64,000 nt of DNA from the NCBI RefSeq assembly GCF_009914755.1, contig NC_060929.1. The stretch is one strand, 5' to 3'. Both the position numbers and the translations under genes were made by a program. The DNA is from the human T2T-CHM13v2.0 reference genome, Homo sapiens. The notes under the pieces were generated by a model that had not been told where the DNA came from, searched no databases, and saw nothing but the letters and a program-made list of their open reading frames with translations. Below are positions 1 through 16,947 of this stretch, piece by piece (the stretch's first letter is position 1; each line of letters starts with the position of its first letter).

Positions 1-298
1 AGAGGAATCTGAATTTGCTTCCTCTTCTGTAATGCAGGGACAATAGTAATGTCTGCTTCACAGGGGTATGGTAGAGGTGGAATGAGCCCAAGAACATAAA
101 GCACTTAGCATAGTGTTTGGCAAACTGTAAGTGTTCAGTAAATAGTGGCAGCTTTGTCATCATGATCATCACTGTTATTTCTTCTCTAAAGAGTCTAGAA
201 TGTAGCAGTCATGAGCCAGAAAGCCTTTTTATAATTTTTATTTTTAAAGGGATTAAAAAAAAAAGCTGTTGTTTTTCTCTGAAAGAAAAGAAAAGATT

Positions 299-604
<306 letters not shown>

Positions 605-678
605 TCACCAAACCACAAGTCCTTCCCATGACCACCTGACGAGTGAGGTTCCCGTTTCCCCAGTGAGCCATGTCATAC

Positions 679-788
679 CTTCTCTTCTGAAGAAACGGTC
701 AGCTTGTCGCTGGATATCAAGCTGCACACCTGGTCCAGACTCAGGCTAAGAAATTCTTCTCCTAGCATCACCTCTGGAAAGTGCTGCT
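679..788 (-). CDS. KLHL3: KLHL3 exon 6 (110 nt; [41 protein letters not shown])
   Basis: Translated by hand because it is absent from the ORF track. Poly-T tract plus ggaacag|AG acceptor and AAG|gtatga donor. The frame continues from exon 5. The gene continues beyond position 1. Confidence 0.95.
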
Positions 789-1650
789 CTGTTCCAAAAA
801 AAAAAAAAAGAAGTTAAGAAAACAAAGTTGTAACACACTTCTGCCCTTCCATGACAATCTGTGGGATTCACAGTAGAGTCCTGGAGCAGGCCAGGGGGAC
901 CATGGAGGGAAAGGGAGTGAAACAAAGACAGAGACATCATGGCTGGAGGGAAATTTGCCTTTTAATTCAGCAGTGATGGCATCACCCACTATGATCCTCT
1001 GTCCTGAACATCAACACAGATGAAAATGGGGCAGACAGATCTGAGTTTGTATTTTTTCCATGCTCCATGAGATTAATAATAGCACTGCAGAAAAGCCTCA
1101 CTGGGACCTGCCTCCATAATTGAGCTTATTTCCCCTCAGAGTGCAAGCTGGTAGAGTTGCAGACAGTGCACCCTGAAGCTCAGCCAAACAAAAATGGGTC
1201 AGAACTGCTGTGTGTCTGAGAGGTCTCTGGGGGTTCTTATAGGAAGTCAACATTAGAAGGTCAGTAGATGGGATCATCCTTTCTTGCCCAAAGTCAAGCC
1301 TACTATTGTGAGTCTCTGGTTCATGAGGAGGCCCAACTAAGCATTCATCCAGGTATAGTGGCAACAAGGTGACCCTACTACCCCTAGGAACAGTCCACAG
1401 AGCCAGGCCTATGGAACTGTTCAAGACAGAGGGAAATTTGGTGACAACTAGAATAAGATAAAACCCACAGGCCTAAGATCCACAAAAGGGAAATACCAGG
1501 GACAATTCCTACCCTGACATTTTTCCAGGCCATCATCCTGCTATTAGAGAATTATATTCACTGAAATGTCATCTACTTCAGAAAGAAGGAGCCTAGGTTC
1601 AAATCCTGGCTTTGCCATTTATGATTATGTTTTTGGGCCAATGGCATCAT

Positions 1651-1753
1651 TGCTATGTTGCCCAGGCTGGTCGTGATCTCCTAGGCTCAAGTGATCCTCC
1701 TGCCTCGGCCTCCTGAATAGCTGGGACTATAGACACAAGCCACTGCACCTGAC
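1651..1753 (-). mobile_element. Alu monomer (FLAM/AluJ fragment)
   Basis: tgttgcccaggctgg...ctcaagtgatcctcctgcctcggcctcc. Confidence 0.8.
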
Positions 1754-2455
1754 TTCATCAACTTCATAAAAATCAAACAAAGAATTTAAGATTTAAATCA
1801 TTTCTTGTGAAAATCATTTTTAACTTTTTATATTGAAATAATTTCAGACCCAAATAATTCTCATACAAATTTCTACCTTCATCCAGATTCCCTAAACGTT
1901 AACAGTTTACTCTCAAATATTGAGTTATAAACAATATTTTCCATCTTCCACTGGACAAAAAGGGCTCCCCACTTGCTCTACACCAGCCTATTGATATTAC
2001 TATGGTCACAACTAAAGGTTGTCCATCTTGAAACTCAGGAATATTTACACATAACAAGACAAATCTGAAAGTCAGTTTTTTTACGAAGGAAACCAACTGT
2101 CAACATCAACATGGTAAGAAGCTGGTCTTTGCTTCTCTGTATATCAAAACAAAAAAAGCCTTTAGTTTTTAAGTTAAACATTCAAAAAACCTTCCTAACT
2201 ATGGAAATATTTAAGACTAGATAGTACTATTTTTTTTTTTTTTTTTTTTTATTATACTCTAAGTTTCAGGGTACATGTGCACATTGTGCAGGTTAGTTAC
2301 ATATGTATACATGTGCCATGCTGGTGCGCTGCACCCACTAATGTGTCATCTAGCATTAGGTATATCTCCCAATGCTATCCCTCCCCCCTCCCCCGACCCC
2401 ACCACAGTCCCCAGAGTGTGATATTCCCCTTCCTGTGTCCATGTGATCTCATTGT

Positions 2456-6307
<3,852 letters not shown>

Positions 6308-6346
6308 TCATTAGTTGATGCAGTTTCTTCCTAGTCTCGATGGTCT

Positions 6347-7363
6347 TTACATTTTGGCATGATTTTGCAGCGGCTGGTACCGGTTGTTCCTTTCCATGTT
6401 TAGCGCTTCCTTCAGGAGCTCTTTTAGGGCAGGCCTGGTGGTGACAAAATCTCTCAACATTTGCTTGTCTATAAAGTATTTTATTTCTCCTTCACTTATG
6501 AAGCTTAGTTTGGCTGGATATGAAATTCTGGGTTGAAAATTCTTTTCTTTAAGAATGTTGAATATTGGCCCCCACTCTCTTCTGGCTTGTAGGGTTTCTG
6601 CCGAGAGATCCGCTGTTAGTCTGATGGGCTTTCCTTTGAGGGTAACCCGACCTTTCTCTCTGGCTGCCCTTAACATTTTTTCCTTCATTTCAACTTTGGT
6701 GAATCTGACAATTATGTGTCTTGGAGTTGCTCTTCTCGAGGAGTATCTTTGTGGCGTTCTCTGTATTTCCTGAATCTGAACGTTGGCCTGCCTTGCTAGA
6801 TTGGGGAAGTTCTCCTGGATAATATCCTGCAGAGTGTTTTCCAACTTGGTTCCATTCTCCACATCACTTTCAGGTACACCAATCAGACGTAGATTTGGTC
6901 TTTTCACATAGTCCCATATTTCTTGGAGGCTTTGCTCATTTCTTTTTATTCTTTTTTCTCTAAACTTCCCTTCTCGCTTCATTTCATTCATTTCATCTTC
7001 CATTGCTGATACCCTTTCTTCCAGTTGATCGCATCGGCTCCTGAGGCTTCTGCATTCTTCACGTAGTTCTCGAGCCTTGGTTTTCAGCTCCATCAGCTCC
7101 TTTAAGCACTTCTCTGTATTGGTTATTCTAGTTATACATTCTTCTAAATTTTTTTCAAAGTTTTCAACTTCTTTGCCTTTGGTTTGAATGTCCTCCCGTA
7201 GCTCAGAGTAATTTGATCGTCTGAAGCCTTCTTCTCTCAGCTCATCAAAATCATTCTCCATCCAGCTTTGTTCTGTTGCTGGTGAGGAACTGCGTTCCTT
7301 TGGAGGAGGAGAGGCGCTCTGCGTTTTAGAGTTTCCAGTTTTTCTGTTCTGTTTTTTCCCCAT
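6347..7363 (-). CDS. L1 ORF1p (338 aa RNA-binding chaperone), intact
   Basis: Runs MGKKQNRK...LQNHAKM. The REKG, ARR and YPAKLS motifs are intact. Confidence 0.99.
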   Translation of the reverse strand: MGKKQNRKTGNSKTQSASPPPKERSSSPATEQSWMENDFDELREEGFRRSNYSELREDIQTKGKEVENFEKNLEECITRITNTEKCLKELMELKTKARELREECRSLRSRCDQLEERVSAMEDEMNEMKREGKFREKRIKRNEQSLQEIWDYVKRPNLRLIGVPESDVENGTKLENTLQDIIQENFPNLARQANVQIQEIQRTPQRYSSRRATPRHIIVRFTKVEMKEKMLRAAREKGRVTLKGKPIRLTADLSAETLQARREWGPIFNILKEKNFQPRISYPAKLSFISEGEIKYFIDKQMLRDFVTTRPALKELLKEALNMERNNRYQPLQNHAKM

Positions 7364-8269
7364 CTTTGTGGTTTTATCTACTTTTGGTCTTTGATGATGG
7401 TGATGTACAGATGGGTTTTCGGTGTAGATGTCCTTTCTGGTTGTTAGTTTTCCTTCTAAGAGACAGGACCCTCAGCTGCAGGTCTGTTGGAATACCCTGC
7501 CGTGTGAGGTGTCAGTGTGCCCCTGCTGGGGGGTGCCTCCCAGTTAGGCTGCTCGGGGGTCAGGAGTCAGGGACCCACTTGAGGAGGCAGTCTGCCCGTT
7601 CTCAGATCTCCAGCTGCGTGCTGGGAGAACCACTGCTCTCTTCAAAGCTGTCAGACAGGGACACTTAAGTCTGCAGAGGTTACTGCTGTCTTTTTGTTTG
7701 TCTGTGCCCTGCCCCCAGAGGTGGAGCCTACAGAGGCAGGCAGGCCTCCTTGAGCTGTGGTGGGCTCCACCCAGTTCGAGCTTCCCGGCTGCTTTGTTTA
7801 CCTAAGCAAGCCTGGGCAATGGCGGGCGCCCCTCCCCCAGCCTCGTTGCCGCCTTGCAGTTTGATCTCAGACTGCTGTGCTAGCAATCAGCGAGATTCCG
7901 TGGGCGTAGGACCCTCCGAGCCAGGTGTGGGATATAGTCTCGTGGTGCGCCGTTTCTTAAGCCGGTCTGAAAAGCGCAATATTCGGGTGGGAGTGACCCG
8001 ATTTTCCAGGTGCGTCCGTCACCCCTTTCTTTGACTCGGAAAGGGAACTCCCTGACCCCTTGCGCTTCCCAGGTGAGGCAATGCCTCGCCCTGCTTCGGC
8101 TCGCGCACGGTGCGCACACACACTGGCCTGCGCCCACTGTCTGGCACTCCCTAGTGAGATGAACCCGGTACCTCAGATGGAAATGCAGAAATCACCGTCT
8201 TCTGCGTCGCTCACGCTGGGAGCTGTAGACCGGAGCTGTTCCTATTCGGCCATCTTGGCTCCTCCCTCC
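7364..8269 (-). promoter_or_regulatory. L1 5' UTR: internal sense promoter plus antisense promoter, CpG-rich
   Basis: YY1 site CAAGATGGCCG at about 8247-8257. CpGs are densely retained. Confidence 0.93.
7819..8034 (+). CDS. L1 ORF0 (71 aa, antisense ORF in the 5' UTR)
   Basis: MAGAPPPASLPPCSLISDCC...RCVRHPFL; 216 nt starting at the ATG at 7819. Confidence 0.92.
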   Translation: MAGAPPPASLPPCSLISDCCASNQRDSVGVGPSEPGVGYSLVVRRFLSRSEKRNIRVGVTRFSRCVRHPFL

Positions 8270-9625
8270 GATAGTACTATTTTTTAAGTGTTCATTGCTA
8301 AAGATCTTAAAATAAAAGCAAGAGAGCAATCTTCTTTGGATGGTAAGAATTTATTCTTGGGCTGGAAGCTGGGAAAGTACTGGATTCTCCCTCCATTCCC
8401 TTTCTGATCCCAGAAGTCTTTGGACCACAGTCCCCTGTCAATTGGTAACACCCAAGAAACAGCAGATAGAAAAAGCAGTCACCACACAAGCCACCACACC
8501 ATGAGCAAGCACAGGACATTGAGGCTCTCTGGACCAGCCACAGCTGAGCTCAGCAGGACCACACGGTTCTCAGGAGAGTCCTGCAAACCAGCACCAACAT
8601 CTCTGGCCCAGAGCCACATCTGGCCTTCCCACATGTATCGTTGGCTGACCAAAAAGCTGACAGCCGGAGAAGGGAAAAGAACAAGAGGAGGTAAGAAAGT
8701 AAAATTCTATGCTGTGAAATAAAAATTTCCTTAGAGCTCGTAAGACTGTAGATAGGCTTAGATTTTGAAAGGGAAGATAAAGGAAGTGCAGTAATATACA
8801 TTCTAGGTGATGTGGGGAACAAATTAGAAATCCTTAGAGATAAATCAAGACAAAAAGTAGTCAGCACCCCACCTCCATCTCTCTGTCCCTCCCCTACTGC
8901 AGGGTTTGAATCTAAACCCCTTCTTTCTGAAGTGGGCTGCTTCTCTGCCCATCTGGAACCTTCCACTGAAATCCCATTCAGAAATCCTCCCAGGAAGCAG
9001 TATCTGGTGGGGAAGGGGCAACAAGAGAAATAGCAGGCAGCAGCTTCTCACCCAGGGCTGGCACCCAGGGATCTGTGAGGTTTGTAGGGCATAAGCAGAA
9101 AGAGACAAAGAAAGCAATCAAAGAGGAAAATGCCTTCCCGTTTCCATTTAGTCTGAGGAGACAGGGGTAACCCCCAAAGTCTTTGAACTAGGGTCCCCTC
9201 TCTGTTACCAACACTCAAGAAACAACAGGATAGAAAAGACAGGAACAGGATGCTCCAGCTAACTCCATTTCCTGGGAAATAGGATTTCCCCAGAAGACTT
9301 TGTATTCCAGTCAGCCCTCTCCACAGCTGCTTCCTGGAAAGAACCCACTTTGCTCCCAGAAGATACCTTCCTGAATCATCTTCTATTTTGAACAATTATT
9401 TGGGGTTTTTTGTTTTGTTTTGTTTTGCTTTTAATGTATTAATGGAGAATGTAGTAAAGAGCCTTGGCTAAGGGTCAGAAGACCTGGGTTCATGTCTTAT
9501 AGTCACTTCTTCCCAGGCTTCGCCATCCATTTTATGGATGGCATGCTCATCCATAAAAGGCAATCATAATACCTGACATAGGTCTCAAGATTGTTTTGCA
9601 GCCCAAAGATAATAATATATATTAA

Positions 9626-10026
<401 letters not shown>

Positions 10027-10076
10027 AGCACCACTCTTTAACAGAGAAGATTTTCTATATCAAGATATCCCTTGGG

Positions 10077-10205
10077 ACCAAGCACAGTGGCTCATACCTA
10101 TAATCCTAACAGTTTAGAAGGCTGCGCAGGAAGATCATTTGAGGTCAGGGGTTCAAGACTAGCCTGGTCAATAAAGTGAGGCCCCTCTCTATTTAAAAAA
10201 AAAAA
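10077..10205 (+). mobile_element. Alu left monomer (FLAM-like)
   Basis: cagtggctcatacctataatcc...A tail. Confidence 0.8.
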
Positions 10206-11586
10206 TGTTAAGACATCCTTTGGGACTGCAGATCCTATGGGCAAGGCTGTGGACCTGCAAGATCTTAGAGAACAAATTTAATTCTATCGAATTCAACAAA
10301 CTGTCCAGTGGTATAGGTTATTCAGTTCCTTGAGGCTGCAGGTTTCCCATATATTAAATGGAAATAATAATAGTACATAAGGTGATATGGGCATTAAATA
10401 AAGAAATAGATGTGACTCACATTTACTGAGTCCATTGCAGGTGCTAGATAACTCTTAACGTATGATGTATCAAATGCAGCATTTCTTCAAAAATGAAGAA
10501 ACCAGAACTGATGTCTACAAGGACCCTACTGCCTCACAAGCAAGATAAGACAAGGCATCAATAACTCCATCCCAAAGTCCACCTCTCACATGACTGAGAG
10601 AGGTACTTTCAGTACAAACAAAGGCAGGGAACAGGAAAATTCAGAGCATATGTAAAGAACAGTAATAGTGAAGTCTAGCTAGAACCTAGGTGATGTCTTC
10701 ATTCATCCAACAAAGGTTTGCTGAGCACTCCCTAAGTATGAGGAGCTCTGCAGGCTCTTGGAGATGCAATGGAGAGGCAGACAAGGCTAGATCCTGGGGG
10801 AGGGATGCATGTGCCGGGGGCATAGTACCTTTTAACCATGGGTTAAAAGAGAGTTATTATTGGAGAGTTAGCCCTTGAAGGGTAACTCTCCAATAATAAC
10901 TAACTTTTCTTATCGTTTCGCTTCTTTTTCTTTAAGAGGGGTGGACACAGAGAAAAATAAGTCAGTTAATTAAGAGTTCTGGTTAAGAGTCCTAATTAGC
11001 CAGGTTTTACTATAAGTAACAAATATTGTTTAAGTTCCATGTCCTGATTGGTAAAACACAATGAGTATGTTCCTGTCCATATGGATGGGAAATTATGGAG
11101 AAGAGGAAGAGGCACCATATAACTTTCAGTCTTTTCCCCATCAAGCAACACAAACATATCTTCCCAATGTTAAAAGGATAATAAAATTTGGGTGATATAT
11201 TCCCAGGCAAGGGCTTTCTCTGGGGGTACAGTTGGGTCTCGGAGACAGTTGAGGCCATTTCCTAATACTAGCTAACACCATTCTAAGCATTTTACATATA
11301 TTATGTCTCTCAATCCCCGCAAAAGCCCTACTAAAGTGAGTATCAACATCCCCATTTTACAGATGGAGAAACAGAAGCCCAGAAACTCTAAGACAGGTGC
11401 TTAGGTTTACAGAATAGTAAACCTGGTAGAGCCAGGTTTTGAACCAAGACTGCCCAATTATAATAACAAATATTCTGATGAGTATCTTAGGTACCAAGAT
11501 AAACACCAATCCTGAGCAGTCCACTGGGGTAAAATTCAACACAGACATCAGAAAACCTTAAGAATCCCTCTCAGGGGTGCTGGACA

Positions 11587-11614
11587 TAGAGAGAGAGAGA
11601 GAGAGAGAGAGAGA
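11587..11614. repeat. (AG)n microsatellite
   Basis: Direct reading. Confidence 0.9.
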
Positions 11615-12908
11615 GGCATAGACAGAGGATATGCATCTAAAAACCTTTCTTTGGGGAAAAAAGAGAATAATCTTAGTCCCTAAATTCCTAACTTCTTGGC
11701 ATTTTGGAGTCAGTTCTAGGTTCAAATCTCAGACCTAACCCCAGAATTAAGATATTTCCCTAATCCCCCCATCCACTAGGCTAGAGGAAGTGATAGTCTT
11801 TGGGGTTCCCAAAGCCCCCCAAACAAGATATAACAATCATATCCCTAATCACCCTGCTTTATTACATGAATCTTTCTGTTCTATTCGGACTGGGAGCCCC
11901 ATGAGGTCAGGGATCAAGTCTGTGTTATTTGAAGCTGAATCCTCAGTCTCCAGCATAATATCTGTATATACCGAGCTCTAAAATTATTACTGCACTTTCC
12001 TGACTGTTCTTCAAGACTGCCTAGGGTTCAGGCAACCTCTCAAGCTAGCCCCAGGACTATTCTTCTCTCTTCACGGAATGAAATAAACCTAAACCTTTGA
12101 TCTGGTTCATCTAACCTACAAGCTCAGAACAAATGGAATGATGACCCATCTGTGACTTCCTTGACTTTGCAGGGATTGAGAGACATAATATATGTAAAAT
12201 GCTTAGAATGGTGTTAGCTAGTATTAGGAAATGGCCTCAACTTTCTCCGAGACCCAACTGTACCCCCAGAGAAAGCCCTTGCCTGGGAATGTATCACCCA
12301 AATTTTATCATCCTTTTAACATTGGGAAGATATGTTTGTGTTGCTTGGTGGGAAAAGACTGAAAGTTATATGGTGCCTCTTCCTCTTCTCCATAATTTCC
12401 CATCCACATGGACGGGAACATACTCATTGTGTTTTACCAATCAGAGATGAAATAAACCCCATAAGCCCCATAATTCCCAGGGCCAGCAGCCCCAGGGAAC
12501 AGGTGTGAGTGCCTCTGAACTGAACCACAGGTCACACCCTCAGGAGACACTGGCTGACACAGGTGGACACACAAACAAAATGGAAACATTTTGGCAGGGT
12601 GAAAAAACAAAACCACAGAACTGCCTTAAAACTCTCTCTTCTGCCCCTTATTACTCTATTTTTAGAGGCCAGAGGCAAGCTTCCTTGAATCAATATTTAG
12701 CTTTCCAGGCTCACAGTTTCTCTGCTCTAGGGAAAAGGCTCAGTTCCCACAGGGAAGTAACAGAGACCCACCTTGACCTCTTCTCAGAAGGGTCATGACC
12801 ACCAGCCCTCAGACTCTAAATATTACTACCTCCACACTCCCTGGGAAGGCAGGAAATAAGCTCTCTTTCCATGTTGCCTTACTCCAGAAATATTATGTGT
12901 TGTCCTCT

Positions 12909-13004
12909 CCCTCTCTTTCTCTCTCTCTCTCTCTCTAGCTCTCTTTCTCTCTCTCTCACACACACACACATGCACGCGCACACACACACACACACATACA
13001 CACA
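12909..13004. repeat. Compound (TC)n-(CA)n microsatellite
   Basis: Direct reading. Confidence 0.9.
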
Positions 13005-14859
13005 GCCAAGGGCCATAATAGTGCTATTGATTCAACAGTGAGGTTCCCCATAACCCAGAAAATGGAACAAGTGAAGTTTCCTAAAATCCTAACAAAGAGC
13101 AAGCAACGAAACCTATCTGTGTCTGCACGACTGCCTCATTTGCCAACTTCAAATTAGATGCAGAAAATCCAAGAGAGGCAGGAGTGAGGCAACCATCATA
13201 GAAAATAGGCTAGGCTGGTCTGGGTGGGTGGGAAATAAGTAGCGGGGCTTAGGACACAGACCTCTGCAGTCAGCTGGCCTCACTCTGGCACTGCCACTTA
13301 TAAGCTGTTAATATATGATCTTGGACAAGTTACTAAACTTCTCTGGGGTTACAGTTTCTTCACCTATAAGCTGAGAAAATAATAACTCTTATACTTAAAT
13401 GAACAAAATGAGGCCATGCCTATGAATCATGTAGCACCATTCCTGGCACCTAGCAAGTATTCAAAAATGATAGAAATGCCCATCATTATGATCATCATTA
13501 TTTCATGGTGACAAGTTAGGAGCAGCAATTTTAGAAGAGGACTCTCACTGAGTCAGAGATTTATGTTTTTTAATGATTTTCCAAATTTTTCTGCTGCCTT
13601 AATTACTTCATTCCATGATCTCAAATGACTCAATCAATCAAAAAAAGGCCATTTCTCTCCATAAGCACGTGAAATCCAATGGCTTTTCCATCCCATGGCT
13701 GGAGGTTTTCGCTTAGCTTTGGCAGACTGATGTAAACAACATGTCCAAAGAATTTTAATTGCTATTTCATTAATGAAGTCCCATTAACATCCCTCCCAAA
13801 CAGCTCTGCTGATGGCCCAGTGTATGGCTGTCCAATTACCAAACAACAAAGTCCCCATAACCCTAGGCCCTGGCCTCTGAGGTTAAAGATTAAGCAGTCC
13901 CTGGAAACAACAATAATGAGGTATAAGAAACAGGCTGTGAAAGACACTGGGGTCCATTTCCCAGCTACTAGTTGCCCAGGAAGACTGTGATGCCACTAGC
14001 TAAGGCAAGAGTCTGAGCAGTCAGCTTCTAAATGCGGGACCTACCCTCCCTACCCCAGAATAACATATATCATAGCAAAGATCTGGGGAACTTCCCTGAG
14101 GGGGAAACTGAATCCAGAGGAAGCAGGAGGGACTGCCACAGCAGGAAGAGACAGGGCCCTTCCAAACAGGAAACCAAATAGGCAGCTGGACATAGAGATG
14201 ATGCTTCAGCCCCCACAAAGTTGTGCTCTCGCTGGAAAAGCCGAGGACCTATCAGAAGGCAAGACTGGCTTTAAAATAAAGTCACATTTGTTTAGACAGC
14301 AAGTTGGCAAAATCTATCAAACAACTTTTTAATGTACATTCTCTTTGATCCAACAACTATGCTACTAAGATTGTACCCTACAGGTATACTAGCAAGTGTA
14401 CTCCAAAATATTATGTACAAGAATTCTCATGGAAGCATTTTAAATAAAAAAACTGGAAACATTAATGTCCATCAACAGAAGACTGGTTAAATAAATTATA
14501 CTCCATCCATGAGATGCAGCAAACTAAAAGAATAAGATATAGCCATACATAAGGGTGTGGAAGTAATTGCAAGATTTGTATTGTCAAACAAAAGTACAAC
14601 GAGTACAGAGTGCTTTCTGTTGTGTAAGTTAAAAAGCATAATATATAAATTCTGTAAGGATACCAAGGATCTCCCCACTTCAGAGAGACAGGCTGGGAGA
14701 AGACTGGCTTTGCATTTTATACCTCTATGTACTGCTTGCATTTTTTGGTCATGAGTATAAATTGCTTTTATTGAATATATTACCTAAATGTTTCAAACAA
14801 TGGTCTAGAAATGTATCTGCTAACATGGAAAGAAATTCAGAATATACTGCTAAGAATGT

Positions 14860-15000
14860 TTTTTTAAGAGATGGGGTGTCTTGCTATGTTACCCAGGCTG
14901 GATTCAAATTCCGTGGCTCAAGCTACACATGAATGCTTGAGCTATCAACCTCAACCTCCCAAGTAGCTGGGACTATAGGCACCTGCTACTGTATCTGGCT
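14860..15000 (-). mobile_element. Alu monomer (FLAM-like) within an old L1M 3' remnant
   Basis: gagatgggg...ttgctatgttacccaggctgg...ctcccaagtagctgggactataggc. Confidence 0.75.
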
Positions 15001-16947
15001 AAAATGTTTTTTAAGCTGGAAAGCATACATATACAATGAAAAAGATTTGGAAGGATATACATCAAGGTGCTGCCAGCAGTTCTCTCTGGGAAGGATTGTG
15101 GTATAATTCTTTCCACCCATGTGCTTTTTCTGTAATAGTCAGGGATGAGTTTTTATTAAAATAGCAATAATAACAACAACAACAATAACAACAGAAAAAG
15201 AAAGCTTTTTAGAGAAGGAAAAGAAACAGAATTCAGCAGCTAAACTGGAATCTACAGACAAGTGAAGGCAAAGCAAAGCTAGCCAGAAACTGGGAAGAGT
15301 AGGGGAGGCTGGACAGGACATACCTGCCTGCACTATACATCTAGATAAAGAGAAAACAAAACCAGAAGTCCTGGAAATCCTTCCTCCCCAAAAGTGCATG
15401 TGGTCTGCAGCAGCAGTGACCTGAGGATTCCTGTGTCTCCTGCCTGGACCCAACTGTGAAGCTCCCTCACTGCAGATGATGAGGCTGGCAGGGAGGCTCC
15501 ACAGCACAGCGCCTGTGGTGTCTACTTCCATAGAATGCTCTCCTCCCCATTCCCCCTGTTCCCCAGACCATCCTGGAAACAGGATAGGATGCGCTACTCC
15601 CATGATAGAGAGAAGAAAATAGGCTCAGGATTACTCAGCTCCAAAGTGTTAGCTGGTCTGATTCCTAGTTCTGATCTGGAAGGTCTCCTTGTAGTTTGTT
15701 GGCATGAAATACCTTCTAACTCAAGGCCTGGGTCCAGGGAGACCTGTGACCACAGAGACCAATGCTTTCCCTTGTGTGTGACCCTAGTGGGTGCCTGCAC
15801 CCCTGCACTTACAGTAGAGTGAGGTCACAGGTCTGTCTCAAGAGGCAGCAATGGTAGAGAACCCCAGGCTCCATCTAAAGTCAGGGGTACAAGGAAAAAA
15901 GCAGGCCCACGTCAGTGGGTGGGTTCAAGGGAGTAAGCATGGATAATCATTTTCTACTTCTCCTCTAAATACTGCACAATCTAACCTTCATTCCCTTCTT
16001 CTAACATCTTTGCATCATGGCCTTATCTTCTGCATTATACTACTTTAAAAATATTACCTCCCTAGTGTGCAGAGCATAGTGGGCTGCTGAGAAAGCCACC
16101 CAGGAGAGGATCACAGGCACCACAGAAGGCCTGCATAACAGGGAGGAGACTCTCAGCCTGAAGATCATGCTGACCCAGCCAGGAAAAGTAGGAGGGCCTG
16201 CTCACTCATTCAGTGAGGGAACAGGCTCCATGTGTCTGGGAGGAAGTCACCCGACAGGGAAGAGAAGAAGACACCCACATGGCGCTTCCTCTATCCCAAG
16301 ATGATGACATACCCTGTGTCTAGCGGACAGCTGGATGTCTGTCTACACTGTCTGGTTGTTGGGATTTGGTGACTACATTGCACAGGCTTCCAGGAACATG
16401 CTTTCAATGGAAAATGCCAACTCTAGCCACATGCACTCCTCAGTTACTGATTCACAGGGCATCCTTATGTCCAAACTGGGCCTAGAAGCTGTAGAATGTA
16501 ATAAACACTGGCTCTGGAGTCAGCACCGTCTGGGCTTGAATCCTGCCTTCTGTCCCTTCTGTCACTATGTGACCTCAACAAATTACTTCACCTCTCTGTG
16601 CCCTGGTTTCCTCAGCTATCATATGCATTAAATGGGATGTTGCCAATAAAATGCTTAGCATAGGGTATGACCCAAAGGGAGAGCTCAATAAACACTAGCT
16701 AAGAATAATTCATCAGGATGTCTGCATACACAGACCCATAATGCTGACAGAACTCAATCACTATAACAGCAACAGGACCAAGGAGCACCAGAAAGATGGA
16801 TGTGTTCCCAGCTGCATCTGCTGCACTCTCCCACAGATGAGTCTCATCAACAGATAGTGAAAGGGGCAAAGGAGAAAACACAGACGTTGAAAGTTGGGAA
16901 AAGCCAGGCCAGAAGAGCCTGGGAGCCCTAATAAAGGTGGGGATTCA

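Noticed and set aside
2220-2251. Possible 3' transduction carried by the L1HS
   Set aside because: The poly(A) abuts the TSD directly, so there is no foreign sequence to identify the source element.
8245-8269. YY1-site truncation of the kind that lets some L1s escape methylation
   Set aside because: The YY1 motif and the 5' end are intact.
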